Below, piece after piece: positions 10,763-20,213 of a DNA stretch of 64,000 nucleotides. Position 1 is the first letter of the stretch. The number at the start of each line of letters is the position of its first letter. Position numbers and translations under genes: made by a program. The notes under the pieces were generated by a model that was not told where the DNA came from, ran no database searches, and was given only the letters and a program-made list of their open reading frames with translations. The DNA is from Plasmodiophora brassicae (taxonomy: Eukaryota): contig CP145411.1 of the NCBI GenBank assembly GCA_036867785.1, forward strand, positions 62,001 to 126,000. The letters run 5' to 3'.

Positions 10763-12552
10763 GTCCATCTGATGCTGCCCGACCCTCTCACTACTAGGAA
10801 GTAAAAGCATACTGTACAACCGAGCCGCCGGTCGTACTCAGGGTGGTATCGTTCGCACGTTGGCAATGGCGGATCCAATCGACCTTCTGTCTCAGACGAT
10901 TGACGTCGCAGCATATATGACGGTCCCTCGCTGCTACTACAGTCTGGGGATACTGGGCATCGACGCTGTCTTGACTTGGGCGGCTGGGTACTGTCCCGGG
11001 TTGGACCAGACAGGCACAGACATTCGTCGGTACGGTCCACAGGGCCTCTCGTCAGCCAGTGAGCCACATCAAACAGCCGGCACGCCGTAACGACGAATCA
11101 AGGCATCTGATTAGGTGGCGTTACTGGGATGATTTGCGAGTTTCCCCATCGGGTACCGCATCCCATTGAGTGCCAATGACTCAGGTTGTGTCCTCGCGTC
11201 TACTGATCATCCACGAGTACGGCCCTATCGAACCTGCTATGTATTAAGTGGTTGCATGAGCCCGGGAGCGTCCTTGCCCAGCTGCTGGCGGAGGGCGTTC
11301 CTGCCCTCCCTAGTGTACGTTATCGGCGTGCATGGGGCGGTTACATTCCCAGGCGCGATTGATGGCCCGCTGCAAGGGGTGTCGATCTACTCCCCGCCCG
11401 AGACGTCCTTCATTGGGCCACAGCCGGACGACAGCTGGGTCACGTCGATAACCGGACCGATGGCTGTTGTCGATGGCGACCTATGCGAACCCCTGTCGCT
11501 GAACGCCAGTGGCCATGTCGTTCTGGCCACTGTCGACGCGGTGTACGCCGTCTACTGCTCAATGGAGACGGCGTATTTGAACATGATCGGGACGGGTGCG
11601 GCTGCCTACCTGTGTAAGGAGAGATGACTGCTGCTCGCCGGTCCATTGACGGTGCTGGTAGGGGCAAACCTTGAGCAGCCTCCATGCAATTCGGTCTACT
11701 GGCATGATGGGTGGCGGGGCGCCCGCACCCGTCACCTGGCGGTGCCGTTCCTGGCGATACAGCCGGCGCCGGAAGTCTACCAGGCAATGCTCGATCAACC
11801 GGCCCGTGTCAACGTCACTGTCTACCCAGACAGAAACGTGTGGGTCCCCTATCTGGCGTCGTGGCCCTACCAGCTGTTCGTCCGCGTCATCCCCAGCGCA
11901 ATACTGCTGGCCTCTGGGGCGGTCGCCACCTCGTTCTACATCTTCCATATGGTCATCCTGAACGACAAGTTCTGCGATACGACGATCGCCTCCAAGCGCA
12001 CGATAACGTGGCGCCTGAAGTTCGCCTGGCGGTACATGGACGTGCCACACGTGATCCTGGCGATTGAGATGGTCACAGCAACTCTAGCTGGAATTGTTCT
12101 TGCGGTCGGTGGGTACCATAGTACCGCGAACCTGCCAGCGCCCGTGACGAACTATTTCACGACGTTGCTAGGCGGATGGGGATTCGCCGCCTCCACACTT
12201 TCCGCATCGATCTGGGCCCAGAAGCTCAGCTTCATCATGCCCTCCGCCGACCAGATCCTCGTTGTACGTGTCATACGTGGCGACTACCGGCTGGTGACAG
12301 TGTCACTCTGCGTTATTCCCGTTATGCTCGACACGGCCATGAACCTATCGTTCGCGTCGTATTATTTCGCGCCGTCCATGGTCGCCGCCGAGTCTGCGAT
12401 CATGTTCACGTTTCAACTGGGTATAAGCACCTCCGTTCTTTGGACGCTCGTCCACTACCGCCGAACCGCCAATCGTATCCAGGTTGGGGTCGCCGGCACT
12501 GTCCGAGACGACGAACGTGGCGTGGATCGGCTGTTAGCCCCAAACTCCGTGG

Positions 12553-12622
12553 ATGACATACTATGTCATGCAGGGCTCGGGTGTCAGAAATAGCTTTTCC
12601 GTTGTATGACATAGTATGTCAT
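12553..12622. repeat. Left subterminal palindromic repeats ATGACATA(C/G)TATGTCAT x2
   Basis: Copies at 12553-12569 and 12606-12622. Confidence 0.9.
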
Positions 12623-13453
12623 GTATGGGGGTGATTTCCGGTGGCCTGTTGCAACGGCTAGACTGACAACTATGCTGTCTGAATCGGTTCGAATGGCGTA
12701 GTCCGCCGTGCGGCGTTACCTGCGGACTTTCGTCCGATTTGAAACCGAGTGGGTTCCATGGAGGAAGACCGCAAAGTGTGGGAGGCGGCTGTCCGCATGC
12801 TGCGGGCTGCATATGACGATGATCATGTCCGAGCACAGTGGTCTCAACCCGACGACGAGGTCAACGATGATGGGCAAACAATGTACGTAGGCTTTCCGGT
12901 ATGACTACGAGAGCAGCTGCTCTCGTGGCCGAGTTGGGCGGTCCGGTCTACATGATATATGATAACAGGGCCTATGAACACTTCTCGAGCGAAGCAAGTT
13001 TACAGTGTCGATGCATGGCTTCTTGCAAATGCGAGGCTCGTCGTACCTATTGTTTGCGACGACATCAAAATAGTCGTTGAACAAGACGTCCGCGACCAGT
13101 CTCATCATGGTGTCGGATGTTAGCAACCTGTGTCTACAGTACTCTTGTTTCTTTGATGTTCCGGTGCGTTGCCTTCTGACATCCTTGCAGGCCATTGTTT
13201 TCGCATCTGTCGACGGCTGTTAACAGCCAACGGGCTACCGCCCATTTGTCGCGCTTGAATCCCGATGCGATATGGGCGATGAGCCTCTACGCGACGACGC
13301 CGACTGATACCTTCGACCCTGAGTGGTCGGATTCGTATCCACTGGCGTTTGCCGTCGAGAAACAAGCATGGTGGGATGTACATCGAGCACTTCAGTGCTG
13401 TGTGCTGTCTTGGTAACCGTTCCTGGCGTTTTGCGTGAACACGTGAACATTAC

Positions 13454-14250
13454 TTGCTTGCTTGTCAGCGCATCGGGGACAAACATGCTGGACCTGCGCA
13501 GATCGACGCTTTACCCGTACCCACTCTGGAACACGCGGTTGATCACCACATTGTTAAGTTCTGGCGACAAATGAAGCAAGCGCTTCTTCAATGCCGAAGC
13601 CCACCTCCTGCCCACGAAATCGTCCCAGCCGCTGTCTGGTTCTGAAATCATGTGAAAGGCGGCCAGGACGTTGTCTCGAGAGAGAGAGATGAACAATGTT
13701 AAGGTATGCAAATACCGCGATGTATGAGATCCATTACTGAACAGTGGCACCAGGTCGATTTCCGGCGACCGTCCCAAGACGTTAAATTGGCAGCGGCTTT
13801 GTTTCGTGTGCATGCTAAATGCGCACGAGCTGTGGCGTCTGCAGCAGCTGCAATCCCGTATTGCCGATGTGTCCAGTTTCGACAAATGGAAACATTTGTT
13901 GAACGATGAGGGTCCTTCAAATATTTTCTTCGGCTGGCCTGCCTGAGTGCCTTCTGAATTGCAGCGTGCAGCAGAGGCAGCTGACAATCCAGTGCCGCTC
14001 CTCCAGCCACCTAAGCGGAATCGTCGGTTGTTCTTCCTGACTGAGGACGGTCGCGCGCTCCGTTTCAGACAGGGCATACGTTGTCCAGCGCTCTGGCAAT
14101 AAGGGGGATGTTTACTGGGTCAATATCGGGAACCGAATGGGACATGTCGACAATGCAGCACGACGGTGTGGTGCAGCATTTGCCAAGTGCCGTTATGCAA
14201 GACGAGATTCGGTTCAAATACGTTATCATGCTTCGACAGATTCCATGATC
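13454..14250 (+). pseudogene. Degenerate piggyBac-like transposase remnant
   Basis: PAAVWF*NHVKGGQDVVSR (~13625-13681) resembles the YNxxKGGVD catalytic motif; C-terminal Cys-rich CRQCSTTVWCSICQVPLCK..SCFDRFHD (14142-14249); interrupted by stops and frameshifts. Confidence 0.7.
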
Positions 14251-14581
14251 CCGGTGATGTCAACCTGTCTGTGCAGTTCCGCCCTGACAGTCGGACCGGG
14301 GAACGTGTATTCGACTTGGGCGTTCTGACGAACGATCGCCGTCCTCTCCTGAAGGTGGTTTGGACGCATTACTGCTTGCAAGTGGAGGACCTACAGTGCA
14401 GTCCATCGGCGGACGCCCATGACACGATGTGGCCACTTTACCCTCGGAAAACCCGGCAAGCAATCGCTCCGGACGCCGCTCGCGTGGACCAGTGACACGC
14501 TCGCAGTCCAGTCGATGATCGCATCCCCTTTGATCTTCTTGAGAATGCACCAGAGTATCAATACAGGCAAAAGTGTGTTGC

Positions 14582-14823
14582 ATGACATACTATGTCATGC
14601 TGCCTTTGCATGACATACTATGTCATATGCACCCAAAATAGAAGCATGGGAGAGCCTGATTTCGTGAGAGCACTGGAACGAAACACAACGTCGACAGGAG
14701 TCCGAACCTTCGGGGCGAGGTGGAGGCTGGCATGGACTATCCAGGATGGAAGCTACCATTCGCCTCCAAGGTCCTCATTTTTCGCTACGTCCTGCCAAAC
14801 ATGCATGTCATATTATATGACAT
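14582..14823. repeat. Right subterminal palindromic repeats ATGACATACTATGTCAT x2 plus an inverted-arm variant
   Basis: Copies at 14582-14598 and 14610-14626; ATGTCATATTATATGACAT at 14805-14823 next to the TIR. Confidence 0.9.
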
Positions 14824-15435
14824 AATCCACGGAGTTTGGGGTTAGCGCGACTGAGCAACTCCGTTCTTGGCGTGGCACTATCAACGCTCATGGTCTGCAT
14901 AGGCTCTGCCATATGGGGCGTAGAACCTGGCTTTGCCATGAATCCATCTTGGGGCTGGATCTTCTCCTGGGGGGTCATCTATATCGGACGCGCCCTCGAC
15001 AGCGCCTTCCGTGTGTCCATGTTCAAACCCAACCGGGAACCCCGTCCAGCACGGCAAGCACCGAAACCAACGAAAACAATCGGGATCGCTGGCAAACATT
15101 AAATACTGCATCCGTGAATACCACAGACAGTAGTGTGAGACCTCCGCGATCCAGGGAGCGGCAGCCCGCGTAGGCGCTCGTTGCCTCAGCTAAGGGTGAG
15201 TTAACAACATCAACCGTCTCAAGAGACGCCATCTACGAGACCAACTCGTCCCGCACTGCTCGAAACGTGCCGATTCTGGCGACGATAGTCGTTGCTGAGT
15301 GCGCGTCGTCGTTCGTGACTTAAGGCATTAGGTAGGTCCGCGACTCCGCGCGACGGACCTCGGAATGCGCGCGGCGGACCTCTACGGACTCCGCGAACGG
15401 GTCGCGCTGCTCGTGACAGACGCTGACACGACACC

Positions 15436-16464
15436 ATGACATCACCTGCGGCGACACTGCGAACCTCCATCATTGATGCTCTTGAAGCATCCAATGCATG
15501 TACGTCACGACAGGCCCGGCTGGCGTTGCTGTTCACTTTGATCTTACAAAACATGGCAGATTTTGAGACCATGTTGAACATGGTCCCTGCATCGGTGTAT
15601 TTCGCGTCAGCTGCGGCCGCCGTCGACATCCCTGTCAAGGTACCGCGCTGTCCCGATGGTCCTGTGAACAGTGTATGGGTATTTACACGGCCACAGGGGA
15701 AGTACATACATAACAAGGGTGGCGTTGAGGTTGCCGAACACAAGCGCCGGCGGACCAACAAGGACAAGGTACGCACGTCGATTGACATTGCAGCGACGTG
15801 GACCTGACAGACGCCTCAGTTCGAGGATGTGACTGTTACTGCTGTCCAGGCAGCGGCGGCAGCAGCAGCATCTGAACCCAAACCTGCCCCGCCCGCGGCG
15901 CTTCACGACAAGCTTGCGTCCCGGCTCGCCGAATTGAGGCGGAAACGTACGCGGGACGCTAGCAAACCTGACAAACGCAAACGACAGAAGACAAACGCAA
16001 AGCCGGGGAAGCAGACGCCTTCGCCGGCCCCATCAAAAGCGGAACAGCCGGAAGCCACACCCGACGAGGCTGGTGCTGACCAGAAGAACAGCAACGCCGA
16101 CGACATTGCATTCGGCAACCTGCAGGTGGAATCGGGTTTGACGGCGAGTGCGCCGAAGAAGAAGGGCAGCAAGCGAGCGCGGCTGGAACGTGCGCTGAAG
16201 AAGGCGGACTCCATGGGTGCCAAGCTACGCGCGATGGCACCCGCCGACCAGGTCAAGCTGCAGCAGGATGCCAGCACGAAGCTGGCGCTGCTGAAGGCGC
16301 AGGGCGTCAAGGTTAAGACCGACGCCAAGCTCCTGAAGCAGTCCATCAAGAAGTACGACGACAAGAAGAAACGTAGCGCCAAGAAGTGGGCGGGACGGAT
16401 ACACGCCGACGCCAAGAAGAAAGCGGAACGCGCCGACGAGATACGGGCCGATATCGGCGGATAA
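15436..16464 (+). CDS. SURF6: SURF6/RRP14 ribosome biogenesis protein; introns ~15500-15559, ~15640-15695, ~15769-15810
   Basis: Spliced N-terminus NAYFETMLNMVPASVYF matches the RRP14 N-domain; KAQGVKVKTDAKLLKQSIKK..KKRSAKKW matches the SURF6 domain. Confidence 0.85.
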
Positions 16465-16552
16465 ACCGGTACTGAACGTTACGCCCAACAGTCCCCAAAC
16501 AGGTGCACGGTCGACAGGGTCTCTGGGGGTGGACAACACTGTTGCGAGCCGT

Positions 16553-16984
16553 TTAGTGTTGCGATTCAGTGGCCCTGATGCACTGGGCGATATTGTCCGG
16601 GACCTTCATCTCGACCGTGGTGACATGGTGGACGAGGAGGTCGACGATCTTCTTGCCGTTCTTCGCGTACGCCGCTGACAGCCTGTCCAGGGCGGCCTTC
16701 GTGTCTCGGTCCAGCTGCACCCGGTACAATTTGTCGGACCCGACTTCATCGTTCGACTCGGCGTCGAACCGGGCCTTCATCTCGGCGCGGTACGCAGCGA
16801 TCTCCGCCGCCGCCGCCTGCTCCGCCGACTTCAGCTTCGTCTTCCGGTCTGCAGCGCCGTCAGGCCGCCGGCACGGCTCGCCCCGATCCTACATTCACCT
16901 ACAGTTGCGCGCGTCGTTGACGATGTTGGAGGCTTCGGCCTCAGCCGCCAGCAGCTGCTGGATGCCCGCGTTCCCAGACGCCAT
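16553..16984 (-). CDS. VMA10: V-type ATPase subunit G; one intron ~16850-16902
   Basis: MASGNAGIQQLLAAEAEASNIVNDARN..RKTKLKSAEQAAAAEIAAYR. Confidence 0.92.
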
Positions 16985-17251
16985 CGAGACACGACGACTG
17001 CGCCGCCGGCAAAAATGACGGCATACAAATCCGACGTTTCTTTTGGCGTTCACCTGATGCCCAGTCAGGCGGGCCGGGCCGGGCCGGGCCGGGCGACGCG
17101 CGGGAATCCCCCGCTGCAGTCGCGGGGTACTCCTGTCCGACGTCGGAACGGCAGGTGGCACACAGAGCAGTGACCTTAGAGAAAGGGGATCGTTTATTGA
17201 GCATTGCGCCAATGCAAACGGGGGCGGTCCTGCTGCCGGCTGCGATCGGAT

Positions 17252-17671
17252 CTAGGCGCGGTCGTTCTCGAACGAGGGGCCCTTGACGATGAAGGCGTCG
17301 CGGCAGAAGTAGGTGACGACGGCGAACGCGTTCAGAGACACGGCGAGCAGGCCGCTGAACGCTGCAATGACCTTGTCATCGGGGAGGCCTTGGTTGGCGA
17401 AGTCGACCGCCTCGATCAGGGCGACCTGGCCGAGGAAGAACGCGCCGCCGATAACGATGCCCGTGTTGATTTCCTTGCGCAGGTCGCGCTTCAGGACCAG
17501 GACGGACGACATGACACCGTAGGCGATGTAGATGAACGATTCCCAGACCAGGCGGAAGTCTTCGGCGGGCAGGGACAGGCCCTGGATCTGGCCGGCGGCC
17601 GCCCAGCACGAGATCGAGATGCAGAAGATGAGCAGCGCATTGATGACGCACAGGATCTGAACAGCCACCAT
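17252..17671 (-). CDS. Small 4-TM membrane protein, unknown function
   Basis: Four hydrophobic segments and GC-rich third codon positions. Confidence 0.6.
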   Translation of the reverse strand: MVAVQILCVINALLIFCISISCWAAAGQIQGLSLPAEDFRLVWESFIYIAYGVMSSVLVLKRDLRKEINTGIVIGGAFFLGQVALIEAVDFANQGLPDDKVIAAFSGLLAVSLNAFAVVTYFCRDAFIVKGPSFENDRA

Positions 17672-18022
17672 CGGTCCACCCACTCGTCGCACGACGCTGC
17701 CGCTACGACCCGCTGATCGTAATGGATACCGAGGGGACCAGTTCGACCCGCCCGGGGCGACCTAATCGTTTAATTGCTGTACCCTTGGACTAGGTTCGCG
17801 GGTGATCGACCTCTGTGTACCGGTGGAAGCCTAACGTTGACCGGGGAAGACCATTTGGGGGAAGGTTGCCGCCCTTTGACCCATAGGCCCTGCAGTAGGG
17901 GCGCACAGGTATTCCGACGTGTACCGTACCACTTTCGCCAGCTGTGCTGCGCGCTATAGCCCCTTGGAATCCCTTGGTGCGATCCACGCCGTTTGATACG
18001 ATAGACCGGTCGGCATGGAGCT

Positions 18023-18250
18023 TTATTCGCGTTTGACGATAGGCTTCATCTCGACGTTGTCGCCCGCCTGCGCGAGCTTGAGGTTGTCGGCGTTAACGTC
18101 GGGTACGGAGCTGACGAAGCTCATGATCCATCCCCACGGCGACGTTCTCCACTCGGCGAGATCGGCCCTGTACTTCTCGAGACGCGCTCGATTCACCGCT
18201 GCGGCCTGCTGGAAGGCGCCCGGTCCCGACTCTGGTCCATCAGGATCCAT
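18023..18250 (-). CDS. Hypothetical 75-aa protein
   Basis: ATG-started ORF with gene-like codon usage; no recognised motif. Confidence 0.4.
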   Translation of the reverse strand: MDPDGPESGPGAFQQAAAVNRARLEKYRADLAEWRTSPWGWIMSFVSSVPDVNADNLKLAQAGDNVEMKPIVKRE

Positions 18251-18421
18251 GCTCGCTCACGCCTAACGATCAAGTCGTTACGACGCATGTGGCGCGTGCC
18301 CTACATTGTACTATCGCTCGAGCATGAACCCACTTTGTACCGTTGGATCGCATGGAAGCTGTTTACTAACGGTTGAGCTAGATGGTCAGGACCAGGGCCG
18401 GCGCAAACGAACGATTAAATA

Positions 18422-20079
18422 TTACAGATCGGGTCGAACGCTGGATAAAGGTCTCAACGCTCCCTCGTTGGCGTCCGCTTCAGCGGACGTCGGAAACGGC
18501 CGCTTGACGCCGGCCGTCGGGCGGCTGGCGCGGAACGATTCCAGCAGCCGATGTTGCTCGTCGACATCGACGGCCGCCAGGTCGAACTGGGCGGCGACAG
18601 CGACGAGCTCGGCCGACGACTGAACGGCGGGCATATCGCCAATTGACGATACCGTCGTTTCGGATACGTTCGCACAGAAGTAGGTCTCCAGGGTGCCCGC
18701 CGCCACACTACCCATGCCCGGCGAGAACCTTGCCGTTGTAGGGAACGTTGGCACCTGACGACACACGCGCGCACACACACGTTCATGACTGACACTCGCA
18801 GACACGTTCCGCTGAGCGTACCTGTCGTAGGCGCACGGGACGGTTCGAGGAGCCGCGTTTCCTGCCTTCGGGGGCCGGCGCCTTCTGGAAATACGACGAG
18901 ATCTTCGACTTGTCCTTCGAGGTGTCGCGAAGGTCGTTGAAGCAGTCCAGAATGCGCTTCCGGTCGGACGCAGCGTTGCGCGACGACGTCACCGTCGGGA
19001 TGATGTTCTTCGGGCTCAGGAACGCGACAAACGCCCGCAGCTCGTCGTAACTGCTGTGCTCAGAATACGGCGCCTAATCACAACAAGGCCAGGCTGAGAC
19101 AATGAGGGCGACAATCACACGGCACCAACATTAACAATGACGACGGAATCGTTCTGGGTGACCGTCACGTCGCGCTTGGCCGTATGGGTCCATCCTGTCG
19201 GTCGGACAGCCACCATGGTTGTAAATGACGCCGTCCGGGACAGCCGTTCCCGAGCACGGGGCAGGTTCTGCCAGGACAAGTCGTCCAGCGGGACGACGTG
19301 AACGCGACTCGCCCCGGTCGTGAACAACTCGTTGACGTCGTCGGCAGGCAGGGACATCATCAGGTCCTTGAACCTGGCGGAACTGACGCGAACCCTGCAC
19401 TGGAACTCGCGTGCCAACCGTACCAGAAGACGCTCCTTGCCGACCGAATACGTCCCGATGAGGAGCAGCGCGTCGCCCGACGCGTAGTACGGCCTGCAGA
19501 TGTCGACGACGCGGGCGATGATGACGTCCTGCGGCGGGAACCTGTACTTGGGGTCGCAGTACGTCGTATCCAGGTAGAGGTGGTCGATCTGGACCGGCGG
19601 CGCCAGGCTCGGGAACGATTGCATGCGCGCGTCATACCGCATGTCGCCGCAATGCAGAATCGACTCGCCGGAACGGTGCTGGAACAGGATCATGGCGCTA
19701 CCCGGGCAGTGGTTCGCATCCAGGAACGTCACGAGGACGTCATCGATGACCACGGCGCTGCCCAGGGCCACACTGCGAACGCATCGGGCCGGCACGCGTA
19801 ACTTCGCCTGCACCAGGCGGCTCGTGCAGGGCGTACAGTATATCAGACCGCCCGCGAACGACTTGTCCAGCCCGGCGTAGTGATCCGAATGGAAATGCGT
19901 CAGGAACCAGTGCGACGTTTCTGCGCGACGACGTCATCAGACACGCCGGCCGCGACGAAGGGGCGTCCCGGCGTACCTGCGCATCGTATCCTGAACCCGT
20001 CGACGAGGAACGTGCGCCCCGGGACCTTGTGCCGCTCAGGGACCAGGCGGTGCGGCAGCGTCCGGACCGACCCGAACAT
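18422..20079 (-). CDS. SNM1: SNM1/PSO2 (DCLRE1A-like) DNA crosslink repair nuclease, MBL-beta-CASP; several introns
   Basis: TFLVDGF, WFLTHFHSDHYAGL, DANHCPGS, LHCGDMR, LYLDTTYC, GTYSVGKE, PTGW, PYSEHSS. Confidence 0.92.
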
Positions 20080-20213
20080 CACGTGCGCCAATGAATCGAC
20101 TCTGGACTGATGATGCGGCGGCGGACCGCCCCCCGTCTCCCCTCCGCCCGCGCAGCTGCACAGCTGACGGACATTGTGCGGTCGGCAGTTCGTGTCGCGT
20201 GGCGGGGTTGACG

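Larger units (their letters stand above)
12538..14841 (+). mobile_element. piggyBac-like DNA transposon, 2304 bp, apparently non-autonomous
   Basis: Perfect 17-bp TIRs CCCCAAACTCCGTGGAT (12538-12554) and ATCCACGGAGTTTGGGG (14825-14841); TTAG duplicated at 12534-12537 and 14842-14845; visibly more AT-rich than flanking genes. Confidence 0.93.
11256..15102 (+). pseudogene. PA-7TM paralog B, interrupted by a transposon between VDRLL and ARLSNSV; intron 11614-11661
   Basis: Colinear with copy A (e.g. LASWPYQL, GGYHSTA.LPAPVTNYFT.LLGGWGFAAS, KLSFIMPSAD); C-terminus resumes at 14846 (PSWGWI..GRALDSAFRV.MFKP); removing the element restores the frame. Confidence 0.88.

Noticed and set aside
12533-14845. 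Transposon spliced out as an intron (introner-like) using the TTAG as acceptor
   Set aside because: The nearest donors (GT at 12533, GC at 12537) joined to the AG at 14845 lose 5 or 1 nt and shift the frame
17720-18000. GTTCGA and GAAAGT/GGGGCT fragments suggesting a tRNA or RNase MRP RNA
   Set aside because: No cloverleaf, and the MRP-like elements are in the wrong order
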